A stretch of DNA of 47,338 bases from Candidatus Altiarchaeota archaeon (GCA_018220955.1 JAAOXV010000007.1:1-47338); one strand, 5' to 3'. Positions 31,722 through 45,869 are shown, counted from the stretch's first letter. The notes: a model not told the origin generated them from the sequence alone. Translations and numbers: made by a program.

Positions 31722-33923
31722 TTAGACTAAGAAAGCGCTTGCAGGAATCTGTTCTTTCATTCCTTTTCGCTTTCTTATCTTTAGTATAGTTGGTATCTGC
31801 AGCTCTTTTGGTAGTGGTTCGAATCGACTGTCTATCAGCGACCAGTAGCCCATACCGTTTGTAGCTGAACGAAGCTTGCTAGTAAAACCAAACATGTTTG
31901 ATACAGGCATATCTGACACAACAGCCACATTCTCTGCTGACTCCTGGTCAACCTCCAACACCCGACCGCGCCTGCCTTGAACCAGACTTGTAACTGCGCC
32001 CATATACTCTGTCGGAGAGTCTATCCTAATAGTCTGAATCGGCTCGTTCAAATGCGCACCAGCATCAAGCATCGCTTCCTTAATCGCATCCCGACTAGCT
32101 GGAATAATCTGAGCTGGGCCACGGTGAATGCTGTCCTCATGTAGTTTCGCATCTGTAATCAATATCTTCATTCCTGATGATTTCTCGCCTGCAAGCGGAC
32201 CTCTACCCAGAACATCATTCATTCCATGTATAGTATGGTCCATTATCTCACCCAAGTGAACAACTCCTCGGGTTGCATCAATCATGATATTACCGTTCTT
32301 GATGATGATGGCCTTTTTCGCTTGGTCCTTGCTCATTCCAGCAGCCATCAGTTCCTTGACTGTTCGCTCATCCTTGCCTTTTCTTATCACGCCTTCTGAA
32401 ATTTCGCCTGCGATTATTTTTTCATAAACTTCCTGTTCAATGGGTTCTATTTTGATATAGAGTTTATTATGCTTGTTTGGCGACTTGCCTTCTGCTGTCT
32501 TGGAAGTTCGGTCAACTGTCTCCCTAAAAACCACAATCGGTGGGCTTGACTTAACCTGCACTTTCCAGTCTCGAACAATAAACTTTTCTTTTATCTCCAA
32601 ATGCAACTCACCCATTCCACTCATCAGGATTTCGCCGGTCTCTTGGTTGATATCTATCTTGAGTGTCGGGTCTTCTTTTGACATCTTGATTAGAACTTCC
32701 ACTAGCTTAGGCAAATCTTTCGGGTTCTGTGCCTCAATTGCCTTGGTCACAACTGGTTCGAATATATGTTTGATTTCTTCAAATGCTTCCACATCCAGCT
32801 CATCCGATAGTGTTTCACCTGCTTGAGCAGACCTAAGTCCAACTACGGCAGCAATATTCCCAGCTGATAACTCCTCTACCGAAATTCGGAAAGGTCCTTT
32901 GTAAAAAGCCACTTGTTGAACTCGCTCCTTTGATTTTGAACCAATTAGATATACCTCTGAACCTGCTCTTAATCGACCAGAAAAAATTCTGGTAGTCGAG
33001 ACTTCGCCTGCATGAGGGTCATTCACTATCTTGGTGATGACTGCCATGAAAGGACCGTTCTCATTACAATCCATCATTGATTTGCCACGCTCGCTATCCA
33101 TATCACCTCTCCAAATTTTGGGTACACGGTATTTCTGTGCTTCGAGCGGGCTTGGAAGATGCTCAACCACCATACCAAGCACGGTTGTGTGAAGTGGTGC
33201 CGGTTTTGCAAGCTCATCCTGCTTATCATCTCGGTATGCATCCAATATTTCTTTGAAGCCCACACCACTTGATTTCATGACGACCATATTAGTCGCCCAT
33301 TTGTCAACAGCAGACCCAAAGCCAACTGTTCCTTGCGGTACACCGACCTGCCAGTCTTTCTTATGTTCTTCTGGTGCAAACTTCTCGATTAGCTGGTTTA
33401 CTTTTGTGATTATTTTTGCAAATCTCTGTTGCATCTCTTCTGGAGTCAGCTGCAGTTCTTTGATAAGCCGGTCAACTTTATTGATAAACAAAATAGGTTT
33501 CACTCGTTCACGAAGTGACTGGCGCAGGACAGTCTCTGTTTGTGGCATAGCACCCTCAACCGCATCTACAATCACCATAGCTCCATCAACTGCTCGCATA
33601 GCTCTGGTTACTTCACCACCAAAGTCTACGTGTCCTGGCGTATCTATCAAATTTATCAGATAGTCTATTCCACTCAGCTCATGAACCATGCTAACGTTTC
33701 CAGCATTTATTGTGATTCCCCGTTTTTGTTCTTCCTCATCAAAATCAAGCCATCTTGCCTCCCCTGCCACCGCCTCACTCAGCATGCCGGCGGCCGCAAC
33801 AAGCGAGTCGCTCAGCGTGGTCTTCCCATGGTCAATATGAGCGATAATACCAATGTTTCTGATTCTATCCTTGTTCTCCATCATTCCAACAATGATTTTT
33901 TTTAAATCTTTTTTCTTTGCCAT
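31722..33923 (-). CDS. fusA: Translation elongation factor 2 (aEF-2)
   Basis: G1 motif 'AHIDHGKTTLSD' and 'DTPGHVDF' are present. The diphthamide-site context 'HEDSIHRGPAQ' is present. Length 733 aa. Confidence 0.95.
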   Translation of the reverse strand: MAKKKDLKKIIVGMMENKDRIRNIGIIAHIDHGKTTLSDSLVAAAGMLSEAVAGEARWLDFDEEEQKRGITINAGNVSMVHELSGIDYLINLIDTPGHVDFGGEVTRAMRAVDGAMVIVDAVEGAMPQTETVLRQSLRERVKPILFINKVDRLIKELQLTPEEMQQRFAKIITKVNQLIEKFAPEEHKKDWQVGVPQGTVGFGSAVDKWATNMVVMKSSGVGFKEILDAYRDDKQDELAKPAPLHTTVLGMVVEHLPSPLEAQKYRVPKIWRGDMDSERGKSMMDCNENGPFMAVITKIVNDPHAGEVSTTRIFSGRLRAGSEVYLIGSKSKERVQQVAFYKGPFRISVEELSAGNIAAVVGLRSAQAGETLSDELDVEAFEEIKHIFEPVVTKAIEAQNPKDLPKLVEVLIKMSKEDPTLKIDINQETGEILMSGMGELHLEIKEKFIVRDWKVQVKSSPPIVVFRETVDRTSKTAEGKSPNKHNKLYIKIEPIEQEVYEKIIAGEISEGVIRKGKDERTVKELMAAGMSKDQAKKAIIIKNGNIMIDATRGVVHLGEIMDHTIHGMNDVLGRGPLAGEKSSGMKILITDAKLHEDSIHRGPAQIIPASRDAIKEAMLDAGAHLNEPIQTIRIDSPTEYMGAVTSLVQGRRGRVLEVDQESAENVAVVSDMPVSNMFGFTSKLRSATNGMGYWSLIDSRFEPLPKELQIPTILKIRKRKGMKEQIPASAFLV

Positions 33924-33951
33924 TGAATTTCACCTGATTTTTCTGTTCTCA

Positions 33952-34557
33952 CTATCTGCTAGCCTCGGCTTGTTTTTCCATCATATTCTTTCTATCAATC
34001 GCAAAGCTCTTAGCTGGGTCGTTCTCTGCAGCTGCCATAAGTTCTTCTGAAATCGCCTGAGCTGGAGTTTTCTTTGACCTAATAGCTTTCTGAGCAGAAC
34101 CTTTTGCAAGAAAAGACAAAGCTAAGTCAAGTCGTCTAAGCGGAGAAACATCAACACCAACTGGACTTCGCATACCACCAAACTCAACCGTAGTTACTTC
34201 TGCCCTAGGAGCTGAATTCTGGGCAGCATTTATCAAAATCTGTATTGGATTCTTTTTTGCTCTTTTTTCTATAATCTCAAACGCCTCCTCAACTTCTCTC
34301 ATAAGCATCATTTTCTTACCTGTATTCCTACCTGAACTGAAAAAATGTTTTTTTGACGCCTTGATATGACCGATTATCATTAGCTTGTTTATGAATCTCT
34401 CAACTATGTTATATTTCGCTCGTCCAAACTGACGCTTCTGATATTTGCCGCCGGTATGTGGAATAATAACTGGCTTGAGATTAACAAATTTCTGGAGCGA
34501 AGTGTCTTCAACAGCGACATTATAATCCCATTTTCCAAAAAGTTTGATTTCTTCCAT
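33952..34557 (-). CDS. rps7: 30S ribosomal protein S7 (uS7)
   Basis: The 201-aa sequence follows the archaeal S7/S5e pattern ('IIPHTGGKYQKRQFGRAKYNIVERFINKLM'). It sits in the canonical position after S12. Confidence 0.9.
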   Translation of the reverse strand: MEEIKLFGKWDYNVAVEDTSLQKFVNLKPVIIPHTGGKYQKRQFGRAKYNIVERFINKLMIIGHIKASKKHFFSSGRNTGKKMMLMREVEEAFEIIEKRAKKNPIQILINAAQNSAPRAEVTTVEFGGMRSPVGVDVSPLRRLDLALSFLAKGSAQKAIRSKKTPAQAISEELMAAAENDPAKSFAIDRKNMMEKQAEASR

Positions 34558-34558
34558 T

Positions 34559-34993
34559 TTATCTCCTCTTTTTCTCTTTCTTTCCTGTTCTTATCTGTTC
34601 TAGACTAACTCCATTAACCTGTATAACTTTGAAACGCACACCAGGCAAATCACCGAATGATCTACCTTTCCTACCACCAATCCCTTCTATCAAAACTTCA
34701 TCATGTTCATCGATTACGTTAATTGCTCCATCTCGTGGTGTAAAGGCAGTTACTTGTCTACCATTCTTAATTAGCTGAACGCGCACGCATTTTCGGATTC
34801 CTGAATGTGGCTGTCTTGCCTCTATTCCAACTTTCTCAAGTACAATCCCTCTTGCCTGCGGAGCAGTCTCGAGTGGGTCTTTCTTCCATCTTGTTCCATA
34901 AAATCTCTGCCGCCATGACTTTTGAAGCTTCCGGCTATTCTTACGCTTATTAATCAAACGCAGACCTGTGAAATACCCCCTAGATTTTTTCAT
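34559..34993 (-). CDS. rps12: 30S ribosomal protein S12 (uS12)
   Basis: '[43 protein letters not shown]' matches the S12/S23e signature. Confidence 0.95.
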   Translation of the reverse strand: MKKSRGYFTGLRLINKRKNSRKLQKSWRQRFYGTRWKKDPLETAPQARGIVLEKVGIEARQPHSGIRKCVRVQLIKNGRQVTAFTPRDGAINVIDEHDEVLIEGIGGRKGRSFGDLPGVRFKVIQVNGVSLEQIRTGKKEKKRR

Positions 34994-35423
34994 TCTATTA
35001 CCTCTAATACATATTCCGGAAAGTGCCGACCAAGCAATAGTGAAATCAGCCTTTGGAGCTTCTTTCCTTCTCTTGTAAGCGTTTTCCTGAGTTGATGGTC
35101 TGCTTGAAGATTTATAACTCTTTCTCCACTGCTCTTAGTGGCGATATAGATGTTTTTCGGCTTTTTTGGAAAAATGATGTTTTTTATGAATTGTGATGGA
35201 TCTGAGGAAAACTCAACCAAACGAATCCGTTTTTTTATCAGAGCTTCTACCTTTTTTATGTTCATGCCCTTTTTGCCAACAGCCACACTGATTTTTCCTG
35301 ATTCTACCACATAAACAATCTCACTACCAAACTCAAAACAGTCAGTCGCACCAACACCAGTCAGACGACTAAATGCATTGAGATACCGAAAATTGTCATT
35401 GCTAATCTTTACACGCATCTTTA

Positions 35424-35427
<4 letters not shown>
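34990..35427 (-). CDS. nusA: Archaeal NusA-like KH-domain transcription factor
   Basis: 145-aa two-KH protein with '[30 protein letters not shown]'. It sits in the canonical slot between rpl30e and rps12, with an ATGA overlap with rps12. Confidence 0.8.
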
Positions 35428-39371
<3,944 letters not shown>

Positions 39372-39375
39372 TTTT

Positions 39376-41184
39376 TCACCTCTTATCCCTAAGCAACAGC
39401 TTAGGATAAATTCCGATTGTTATCAATTCTTGTAACATGATATGGAACGCATAACTAACCTCAATCCATTCGATATTTTCCCCACCACAGACTGAACAAT
39501 ATGCCTTGTCCTTCATATAATCATATATTGAAATAACCCCACAGCTCGAGCATACTGGAATTGTGGTCATATCTGAACTGAACCGCTCTTTCAACAATAG
39601 ACTGGCACCGTGCGAAACAAGACAATCCTTTTCCATTTCACCCATCCTAAGGCCACCAATCTTACTGCGACCTTCTGTTGGTTGTCTTGTCAAAACCTGT
39701 ATCGGTCCTCTTGCACGAGCGTGTATTTTGTTTGCCACCATGTGCCGAACTTTATGATAGTAAATCACGCCAGTGAAAATTTCAACCTGATATTTTTCAC
39801 CTGTCATTCCGTTATATAGCGTCTCTTTACCGCTCGGTTTCAGTCCATGTGAAATAAGAATTTGTCTTGCTTCTTTGATAGGGTCTCCATCAAAAGGAGT
39901 GCCGTTCATAATCTTGCCTGAAACTGCAGCAGCCTTACCAGTAAAGAATTCAATCACTTGTGAGAAAGTCATACGACTCGGGATACCATGTGGATTGGTT
40001 ATCATATCAGGAACAATTCCTGTTGATGTAAATGGCATGTCTTGATGCGGAACTACCATACCAATAACACCTTTTTGACCGTGACGTGAAGAAAACTTAT
40101 CACCAAGCTCTGGTATTCGGTCATCACGAACTCTTGTCCTAATGAGCTTTCTTCCTTCTACATTCTCTGCCACAACAACTGAATCAATCCACCCATGCTC
40201 GTCATGCCTAACCCGTTCACTTGTGTCTCGCCTAGATTCAACACCAATCCTAAACAAATTCATTGAACCCAGAAACCTTGGTGGTGATGTTCTTCCAACT
40301 AATACTGTATCTCCATCTGCCTTACTCTCTGGGTGAATAATACCATCTGTGTCAAGTAAAGCATAATGTTCTTCCAAAGTATAGCCTGCTAGGTCTTTTT
40401 CTGGCAATTCTATTTTGTCTTCCTGACCTCCAGGATATCGTTTTTCAATAACTGAGTATGGTCTAAAATAGGTGCTCCTACCAAGTCCTCGGTCAAGACT
40501 GGCCTGATTGAATACCATGCCATCTTCCATATTATATCCTTCCCAAGTCATCATGGCGACCACAAAATTCTGCCCAGCCGGGTGTTGGTCAAAGTTCAGA
40601 ATTTTATGCATATGAGTCTGCACAACCGGAACTTGTGGATAGTGAAGCATGTTTGAGAATGTATCAAACCTAATTGGATAATTGAGTGAATAAATTCCGA
40701 GTGCCTGCTTAACACCCTTACTGGTACCATAATTAACTCGGTCGCCTCTTGAGTAATTAGCATAAGGCACAAGCGAGCCAGGAACACCCAAAAGAGTCAT
40801 TGGATGTGGTTCAAGATGAGTGTGTTGTTTAGTCACGCTTTTTTCATCCAATGCAATAAATGCGTTCTCTTCTTCTTCTCCATCAAGGAACTCCACCTTA
40901 CCTGTCTTCAAAAGATCTTTCCAACCAATCTTGCCATCCTCAAGCTTTTTCAGGTCTTCTTTTTTCAAAAGCGGTTTTCCGCTTTGAACAACTATTAACG
41001 GTCGCAATACCCGCCCGGCCATTGTGTCAATTCTAACCTCTCGCCTAGATTCAATATATGCAACTGTTATCTCTGAATGGATTTTGCCCTTTCGTCTCAG
41101 ACCACGCAGATTGGCGACTAACTTTTCTGACTGTTTTTTGTCAAGTTTTCCAACTATCTTACCATTTACAAGAACATTAATCAC
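39376..41184 (-). CDS. rpoB1: DNA-directed RNA polymerase subunit B' (C-terminal half of split RpoB)
   Basis: 'GDKFSSRHGQKGV' and the C-terminal Zn ribbon 'CSSCGV...CSVCGG' are present. GTG start, overlapping the rpoB2 stop by 8 nt (GTGATTAA). Confidence 0.95.
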   Translation of the reverse strand: MINVLVNGKIVGKLDKKQSEKLVANLRGLRRKGKIHSEITVAYIESRREVRIDTMAGRVLRPLIVVQSGKPLLKKEDLKKLEDGKIGWKDLLKTGKVEFLDGEEEENAFIALDEKSVTKQHTHLEPHPMTLLGVPGSLVPYANYSRGDRVNYGTSKGVKQALGIYSLNYPIRFDTFSNMLHYPQVPVVQTHMHKILNFDQHPAGQNFVVAMMTWEGYNMEDGMVFNQASLDRGLGRSTYFRPYSVIEKRYPGGQEDKIELPEKDLAGYTLEEHYALLDTDGIIHPESKADGDTVLVGRTSPPRFLGSMNLFRIGVESRRDTSERVRHDEHGWIDSVVVAENVEGRKLIRTRVRDDRIPELGDKFSSRHGQKGVIGMVVPHQDMPFTSTGIVPDMITNPHGIPSRMTFSQVIEFFTGKAAAVSGKIMNGTPFDGDPIKEARQILISHGLKPSGKETLYNGMTGEKYQVEIFTGVIYYHKVRHMVANKIHARARGPIQVLTRQPTEGRSKIGGLRMGEMEKDCLVSHGASLLLKERFSSDMTTIPVCSSCGVISIYDYMKDKAYCSVCGGENIEWIEVSYAFHIMLQELITIGIYPKLLLRDKR

Positions 41185-42673
41185 TCTTGATGACCTCCTT
41201 GATTGATTTCTTGACTGTCCTGACCATAGCTTCTTCCTCTATTTTCTGACTGACCTTTGCCAAAAGTGCCAGATTTTTTCTGAGTCCAATATTCTGACCT
41301 TCCGGAGTCTCTGCCACACAAAGCTTACCCCAATGTGTAGGGTGAAGCTCTCTTGCCTCAAAATGAGGTTGACTTGATGTAAGCGGGCTCATCACCCGTC
41401 TCAAGTGCGACAGTGTGTCAAAATGATTTAGGCGCTGCAGATGTTGGCTGACACCGGTTCGACCACCAATCCAATATCCTGTTGCCATCGCACTCTGGAT
41501 TCTCGAAGTCAGTAGTTGTGAACGTACGATGGTTGATGGAGATGGTTCACGATTGCGCTTGATAGCTCGTTCAAGTGAATATTTGATATCGTTCACAAGT
41601 GTCTTAAACGCTGCACGGAACAGCTGTTCCATAAGTTCACCAGACATCTTGAGTCTCTTGTTTCCATAATGATCTTTATCATCTATAGTCTCTTTTCCAT
41701 AATGAACTCTTATCAGTTTTTCTGCTACCATTCCGATATAGCTGGCTTTTTCTGCCCTGAATTGTTTGCCGCGGCCTATATGAGGAAGCAAGTAATTATC
41801 CATCAAATATGATACTCGATTAACTCGGTAATCAATGCCTTGTCCAATCTTGAGTTTTTTACCAATAGCGTCCATTGCTTCTTCAGGAGTTTTTACTTCT
41901 TCAAGTGCCTCAATATTGACCATCACATCTTCAACATAACTCGGTGCATTTGTTATCGCGCTCACAATTTTCTGATCAGTATTTTCGCCGAGCGCCATTA
42001 ACATTATTGATATCGGTACTCGTGGTACTCGTGCCCATGACACATTGATGGTTCCGTCCTTCATTCGTTCAAACAAATGTGGAATTCTGAAACCTGGAGT
42101 CTCGCTGAAAATCCTACTTGATTCCTGGGCTGGTCCCGAACTCTTCTCAACTAAAGGTAAGTTCGGTATCAAATCTTCGATTGTGACTATTACTCGCTCT
42201 GTCCCATTTATTATAAAATAACCTCCAGGGTCGTCTGGGTCTTCCCCAACTTCCATTAACTCATCCCTACTTAATTCGTTTAACAAACACTTCTTGCTCC
42301 TGACCATCATTGGTAATCCACCTATCTCCGCCCAGACAGGTTCATCAGGATGTCCATCTTTTTCAACTATGATTTCCAAGTGTAGTGGAGCAGAATAAGT
42401 TATTTCCCTTATTCTTGATTCCATTGGATACAATAGAGACGAAGAACCGTCGGCTTCACGCACAACCGGATGCAATATCCGCAGGTTACCAAAATTGAGA
42501 TTATATGTCTCAAAACCACGCGGAGCGAGCAGAGGCTCGATTCCACCGACCTCTGAAATCACCCTTTTCATTCCATTTTCAAGAAAACTGTTGAAAGAGT
42601 CAATATGATGTCGGACTGTTCCATATTCATTAAAAAAGGCACTAGCAATCAAGGGAAAGGATTTCTTTATCAT
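41177..42673 (-). CDS. rpoB2: DNA-directed RNA polymerase subunit B'' (N-terminal half of split RpoB)
   Basis: N-terminus 'FFNEYGTVRHHIDSFNSFLENGMKRVI' follows the typical Rpb2/RpoB N-terminal pattern. Length 498 aa. Confidence 0.95.
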   Translation of the reverse strand: MIKKSFPLIASAFFNEYGTVRHHIDSFNSFLENGMKRVISEVGGIEPLLAPRGFETYNLNFGNLRILHPVVREADGSSSLLYPMESRIREITYSAPLHLEIIVEKDGHPDEPVWAEIGGLPMMVRSKKCLLNELSRDELMEVGEDPDDPGGYFIINGTERVIVTIEDLIPNLPLVEKSSGPAQESSRIFSETPGFRIPHLFERMKDGTINVSWARVPRVPISIMLMALGENTDQKIVSAITNAPSYVEDVMVNIEALEEVKTPEEAMDAIGKKLKIGQGIDYRVNRVSYLMDNYLLPHIGRGKQFRAEKASYIGMVAEKLIRVHYGKETIDDKDHYGNKRLKMSGELMEQLFRAAFKTLVNDIKYSLERAIKRNREPSPSTIVRSQLLTSRIQSAMATGYWIGGRTGVSQHLQRLNHFDTLSHLRRVMSPLTSSQPHFEARELHPTHWGKLCVAETPEGQNIGLRKNLALLAKVSQKIEEEAMVRTVKKSIKEVIKSD

Positions 42674-42708
42674 TTTATACCGCCTTCCCAGTAGTGGCTC
42701 CTAAACTG

Positions 42709-42716
42709 TTTATAAA
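42709..42716 (-). promoter_or_regulatory. TATA box TTTATAAA upstream of rpoB2 operon
   Basis: A palindromic TTTATAAA is centred about 40 nt upstream of ATG 42673 and is followed by purine-rich GGGAAGGCGG. Confidence 0.4.
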
Positions 42717-42914
42717 TCTTCCCAACTAAGCGTGAATTGAGCACTGTTGCTAAGCTGAAATGGTTCCTTTAAATGTTTTTTGATATACAACGCCAAAAAA
42801 CGTTCTTTTTTTGCAGAACTGTCGGTTCTGTTGAGTTCTGTCGAACAGTCAAACAATGTATGCACACTGGCACAATCAGGTGCGACTCTATAAACTACAC
42901 TCGCTCTACCTAGT

Positions 42915-43688
42915 GTGAAACTCATTAAAACAAGTGCAAAACAGATTTTCACGCGTACCAAGATTCCAGGGGTCAGCTGGGTACTAAACCAGTATGTCGG
43001 ATGTGAGCACGCATGCGGTTATTGTTATGCAAAATTTATGTGCAGATGGAAATCGCACGGAGCTTGGGGAAACTGGGTGGAGGCAAAGATGAATGCACCT
43101 GAGCTGGTGAAGGGTAAGCTTGTTACTGGCTCAGTTTTTATGTCAAGCATCAGTGATGCTTATCAACCGATTGAAAAAAAGCTTGAGCTGACACGAGCTG
43201 TTCTTGAGAATATGGACAAGCGAACTGAGCTGGAAGTATTGACAAAATCTGATTTGATTCTTCGTGACATAGACTTGTTCAACCAATTTAGCTCAATCAA
43301 TCTTGGCCTAACTCTCAACGGGTTTGATGCCAAAACCAAAAAAGCTATTGAGTCTGACACACCAAAACATGATAGACGGGTGAATGCACTACAAAAGTTG
43401 AAAAATGCTGGACTCAAAACATATGGATTCATTAGTCCAGTCATACCCGGACTTGTCGATATTCAGTCCATAATAAGTGAAACACGAAATTTTGTAGACT
43501 ATTACATAATCGAATTCTTGAACATGAGTGCAAGCGGACCCAAGTTCCGGCAATATTTGAAAACAAAGCATCCGATTGAGTTTGAAAAAACAAAGAACAA
43601 GGAAGCCCTATTACAACAGGCAAAGAAAATCAAGCAGCTTGACAGTAAGATCAGCACGGTAGTGCTACATCCATGGACTCTGGTGTGA
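42915..43688 (+). CDS. Radical SAM protein, SPL/'DNA repair photolyase' (COG1533-like) family
   Basis: 'NQYVGCEHACGYCYA' carries the CxxxCxxC motif in the family-typical N-terminal context. Length 257 aa, GTG start. Confidence 0.65.
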   Translation: MKLIKTSAKQIFTRTKIPGVSWVLNQYVGCEHACGYCYAKFMCRWKSHGAWGNWVEAKMNAPELVKGKLVTGSVFMSSISDAYQPIEKKLELTRAVLENMDKRTELEVLTKSDLILRDIDLFNQFSSINLGLTLNGFDAKTKKAIESDTPKHDRRVNALQKLKNAGLKTYGFISPVIPGLVDIQSIISETRNFVDYYIIEFLNMSASGPKFRQYLKTKHPIEFEKTKNKEALLQQAKKIKQLDSKISTVVLHPWTLV

Positions 43689-43750
43689 ATCCGAGATATT
43701 TTAAACAGAGTTTGTCCTTGTCAAATATCCGCTGCGGTGGATAAAAGTTT

Positions 43751-43823
43751 GGGCTCGTAGCTCAGTTGGTAGAGCACTGGGCTTTTAACCCAGTGGCCGA
43801 GGGTTCGAGACCCTCCGGGCCCG
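43751..43823 (+). tRNA. tRNA-Lys (anticodon UUU)
   Basis: The sequence is GGGCTCGTAGCTCAGTTGGTAGAGCACTGGGCTTTTAACCCAGTGGCCGAGGGTTCGAGACCCTCCGGGCCCG. Acceptor stem is GGGCTCG/CGGGCCC. Anticodon stem is CTGGG/CCCAG with loop CTTTTAA. Confidence 0.9.
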
Positions 43824-43824
43824 T

Positions 43825-44148
43825 ATGATTGATTTGATACTGCTTGGTCTGACTGGTTTTGGACTAGTCAAGTTCGGGTTTGTTTCCAGCTGGTTGATTG
43901 CGCTTGCTGCTGGTCTACTGATTGGCTTGTTCTTTGGCGGGTTCAGCTCAATAATCAAACTGATACCAGCAACGCTTGTATGTCTCAGCGTACCAATTGG
44001 ATGGGCGCTCGCAAATCAACCAGGTCTGTTGATAAGCTCAGGAATTACAGGACTGCTTTTATTAATCGGTTATGCAATCGGTGCAATGGTAGCTATGATT
44101 CTCACGCCAGTGAAGTGGATAATGAAGATTTTGAAAAAGATTTTCTGA
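43825..44148 (+). CDS. Hypothetical small membrane protein
   Basis: 107-aa ORF of about 3-4 TM segments, Gly/Leu/Ile-rich. Its ATG begins 2 nt after the last base of tRNA-Lys. Confidence 0.45.
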   Translation: MIDLILLGLTGFGLVKFGFVSSWLIALAAGLLIGLFFGGFSSIIKLIPATLVCLSVPIGWALANQPGLLISSGITGLLLLIGYAIGAMVAMILTPVKWIMKILKKIF

Positions 44149-44559
44149 CTACGCGCGGTCTCGGAATCGCAGCACGTTCTCATACACCCTTTTCCTGAAC
44201 TCGCCTTCTGCACTAAAAGTATTTTCAAACTCGCTGACATCAAATACATCAAGTGACTTACATACTTGTGAATATTGAGTCCAGATTTCCAGGTCTTGCT
44301 TTGAATCTATAACTATTAGATACTTCGGTCGTTCTGCCACAAGCTTATGTTCTTCTTCAGAACCTTGTGATACAACAGAAAATCTTAGCTCTTCACCACT
44401 GATTCTTGCTGGCCAATCAAGCCGGTCAAGATTGCTTATGCGAACATCATATTCACCAGAATCAAATTCATTATCAAGCAAGAGCATAACTCTAATAACA
44501 CTATAGTCAGAAGGAACAATCATCCCAACCATATCTGCATACTGCTCTTTTCCGCTCAT
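44149..44559 (-). CDS. Hypothetical protein coupled to the phosphohexomutase gene
   Basis: 136-aa ORF. Its start overlaps the upstream mutase stop in an ATGA. No motif recognised. Confidence 0.5.
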   Translation of the reverse strand: MSGKEQYADMVGMIVPSDYSVIRVMLLLDNEFDSGEYDVRISNLDRLDWPARISGEELRFSVVSQGSEEEHKLVAERPKYLIVIDSKQDLEIWTQYSQVCKSLDVFDVSEFENTFSAEGEFRKRVYENVLRFRDRA

Positions 44560-45842
44560 TCTATAATCAACCCTCTAATCGTGTTAATGCCTTTTGAGAA
44601 ACAGAGCTTGGCAGCCTTTTCTTTCGGCGCTTCTGCGAAAATTTTAACAATCGGTTCAGTTGTGCTTGCTCGAACAAGCACCCAACCGTCGTCGATAAAT
44701 GCTTTCACACCGTCGAGCAGGTCTGTTTCATACTCAGCTCCTAGCTGTTTTCTGGCTGCATCAACTGCCTTGTCTCTATCAGACACTGTGAACTTCTGTT
44801 TTATCTGATGATAAGCTGGAAACTCTGCATCAAGTTCAGTCAGGCTCTTGCCAGTCTTTTGCATTATGTCCAATAGCTCAAGTGTAGTTCTTGGCCCATC
44901 TCTCATCATGCTCCAATCAGGGTATATTATCCCGCCATTTTCTTCACCAGCCAGGTCTGCGCCGCTCTGCTTGATTTCTTTGATAATGAATCGTTCACCT
45001 ACTTTGGTCCTGATAACTCGGCGGGCGGATGTATCAACCACGCTTGAAGTACCTATGTTGGTTACAAGCAATCGAGTCTTCTTGTACTTGGCAATAATCG
45101 CAAGCGTTCTTGAACCATCAAGGAACTGGCCGTCTGATGTGACAAAGATTGACCGGTCACCGTCTCCATCATATGCAACACCCAAATCAATATCAGTGTT
45201 TGCCACCAACTGTTTTAGCTCAGTGATGTTTTTATCGACTGGTTCATATGGTCGAGCTGGTGGATGAGTCGGCGACGAATTTATCTCAATCGTGTTTATG
45301 CCGGCCTGTTTAAGCATTGTAGGGGCAAGAAAACAATTAGCTCCATTTCCAGAATCAACAGCAATCTTGATGTTTGTGTCAAAGCTGAACAGCTTGAGCA
45401 GGTCGTTCAGATAATATGATTGCAGGTTAGTCTTTTGATATCTACCACTGACCAGACCGGCGCTCGTATCCTGCATATTTTTTATCAAATCAGATACATC
45501 CTCACCAAGCTCATTCATTATTTTGAATCCAACAAACTCTGGCGGATTGTGGCTGGCTGTAACAGATATACTCCAAACCCCTTCACTTCTTGATAGTCTA
45601 GATAATAGCGGGGTAGGCACAATCCCTGTATCAATGACATCCGCACCAGATGAGATAAGCCCGCTTGTTAAAGCAAGCTTGATGGACAAAGAACCGATAC
45701 GGGGGTCCATTCCAATTATGAAATTCTTGTTGAGCGAGCCGATAAAGCGACCAACCCTAGCAGCATCCTCAACTGTTAAATCCTTGTTATAAAAACCACG
45801 TACGCCTGAGCCACTTATGTACATAGAAACTTGCAACTCCAC
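44556..45842 (-). CDS. Phosphohexomutase (phosphoglucosamine/phosphomannomutase family)
   Basis: Active-site 'TASHNPPEF', metal loop 'AYDGDGDRS' and sugar loop 'GEENGG' are present. The ORF starts at TTG 45842, and ATG 45824 (MYISGSGVRG) is more family-typical. Confidence 0.85.
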   Translation of the reverse strand: MELQVSMYISGSGVRGFYNKDLTVEDAARVGRFIGSLNKNFIIGMDPRIGSLSIKLALTSGLISSGADVIDTGIVPTPLLSRLSRSEGVWSISVTASHNPPEFVGFKIMNELGEDVSDLIKNMQDTSAGLVSGRYQKTNLQSYYLNDLLKLFSFDTNIKIAVDSGNGANCFLAPTMLKQAGINTIEINSSPTHPPARPYEPVDKNITELKQLVANTDIDLGVAYDGDGDRSIFVTSDGQFLDGSRTLAIIAKYKKTRLLVTNIGTSSVVDTSARRVIRTKVGERFIIKEIKQSGADLAGEENGGIIYPDWSMMRDGPRTTLELLDIMQKTGKSLTELDAEFPAYHQIKQKFTVSDRDKAVDAARKQLGAEYETDLLDGVKAFIDDGWVLVRASTTEPIVKIFAEAPKEKAAKLCFSKGINTIRGLIIE

Positions 45843-45869
45843 AATACTAAAAACCTTTTGTTTTTTGGT

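Noticed and set aside
42710-42961. 83-aa minus-strand ORF in the position where rpoH normally precedes rpoB
   Set aside because: It has no similarity to RpoH, and the real RpoH is at 6312..6722. Its 5' end would overlap the radical-SAM gene start by 47 nt, and its stop sits on the rpoB2 TATA box. It is probably non-coding.
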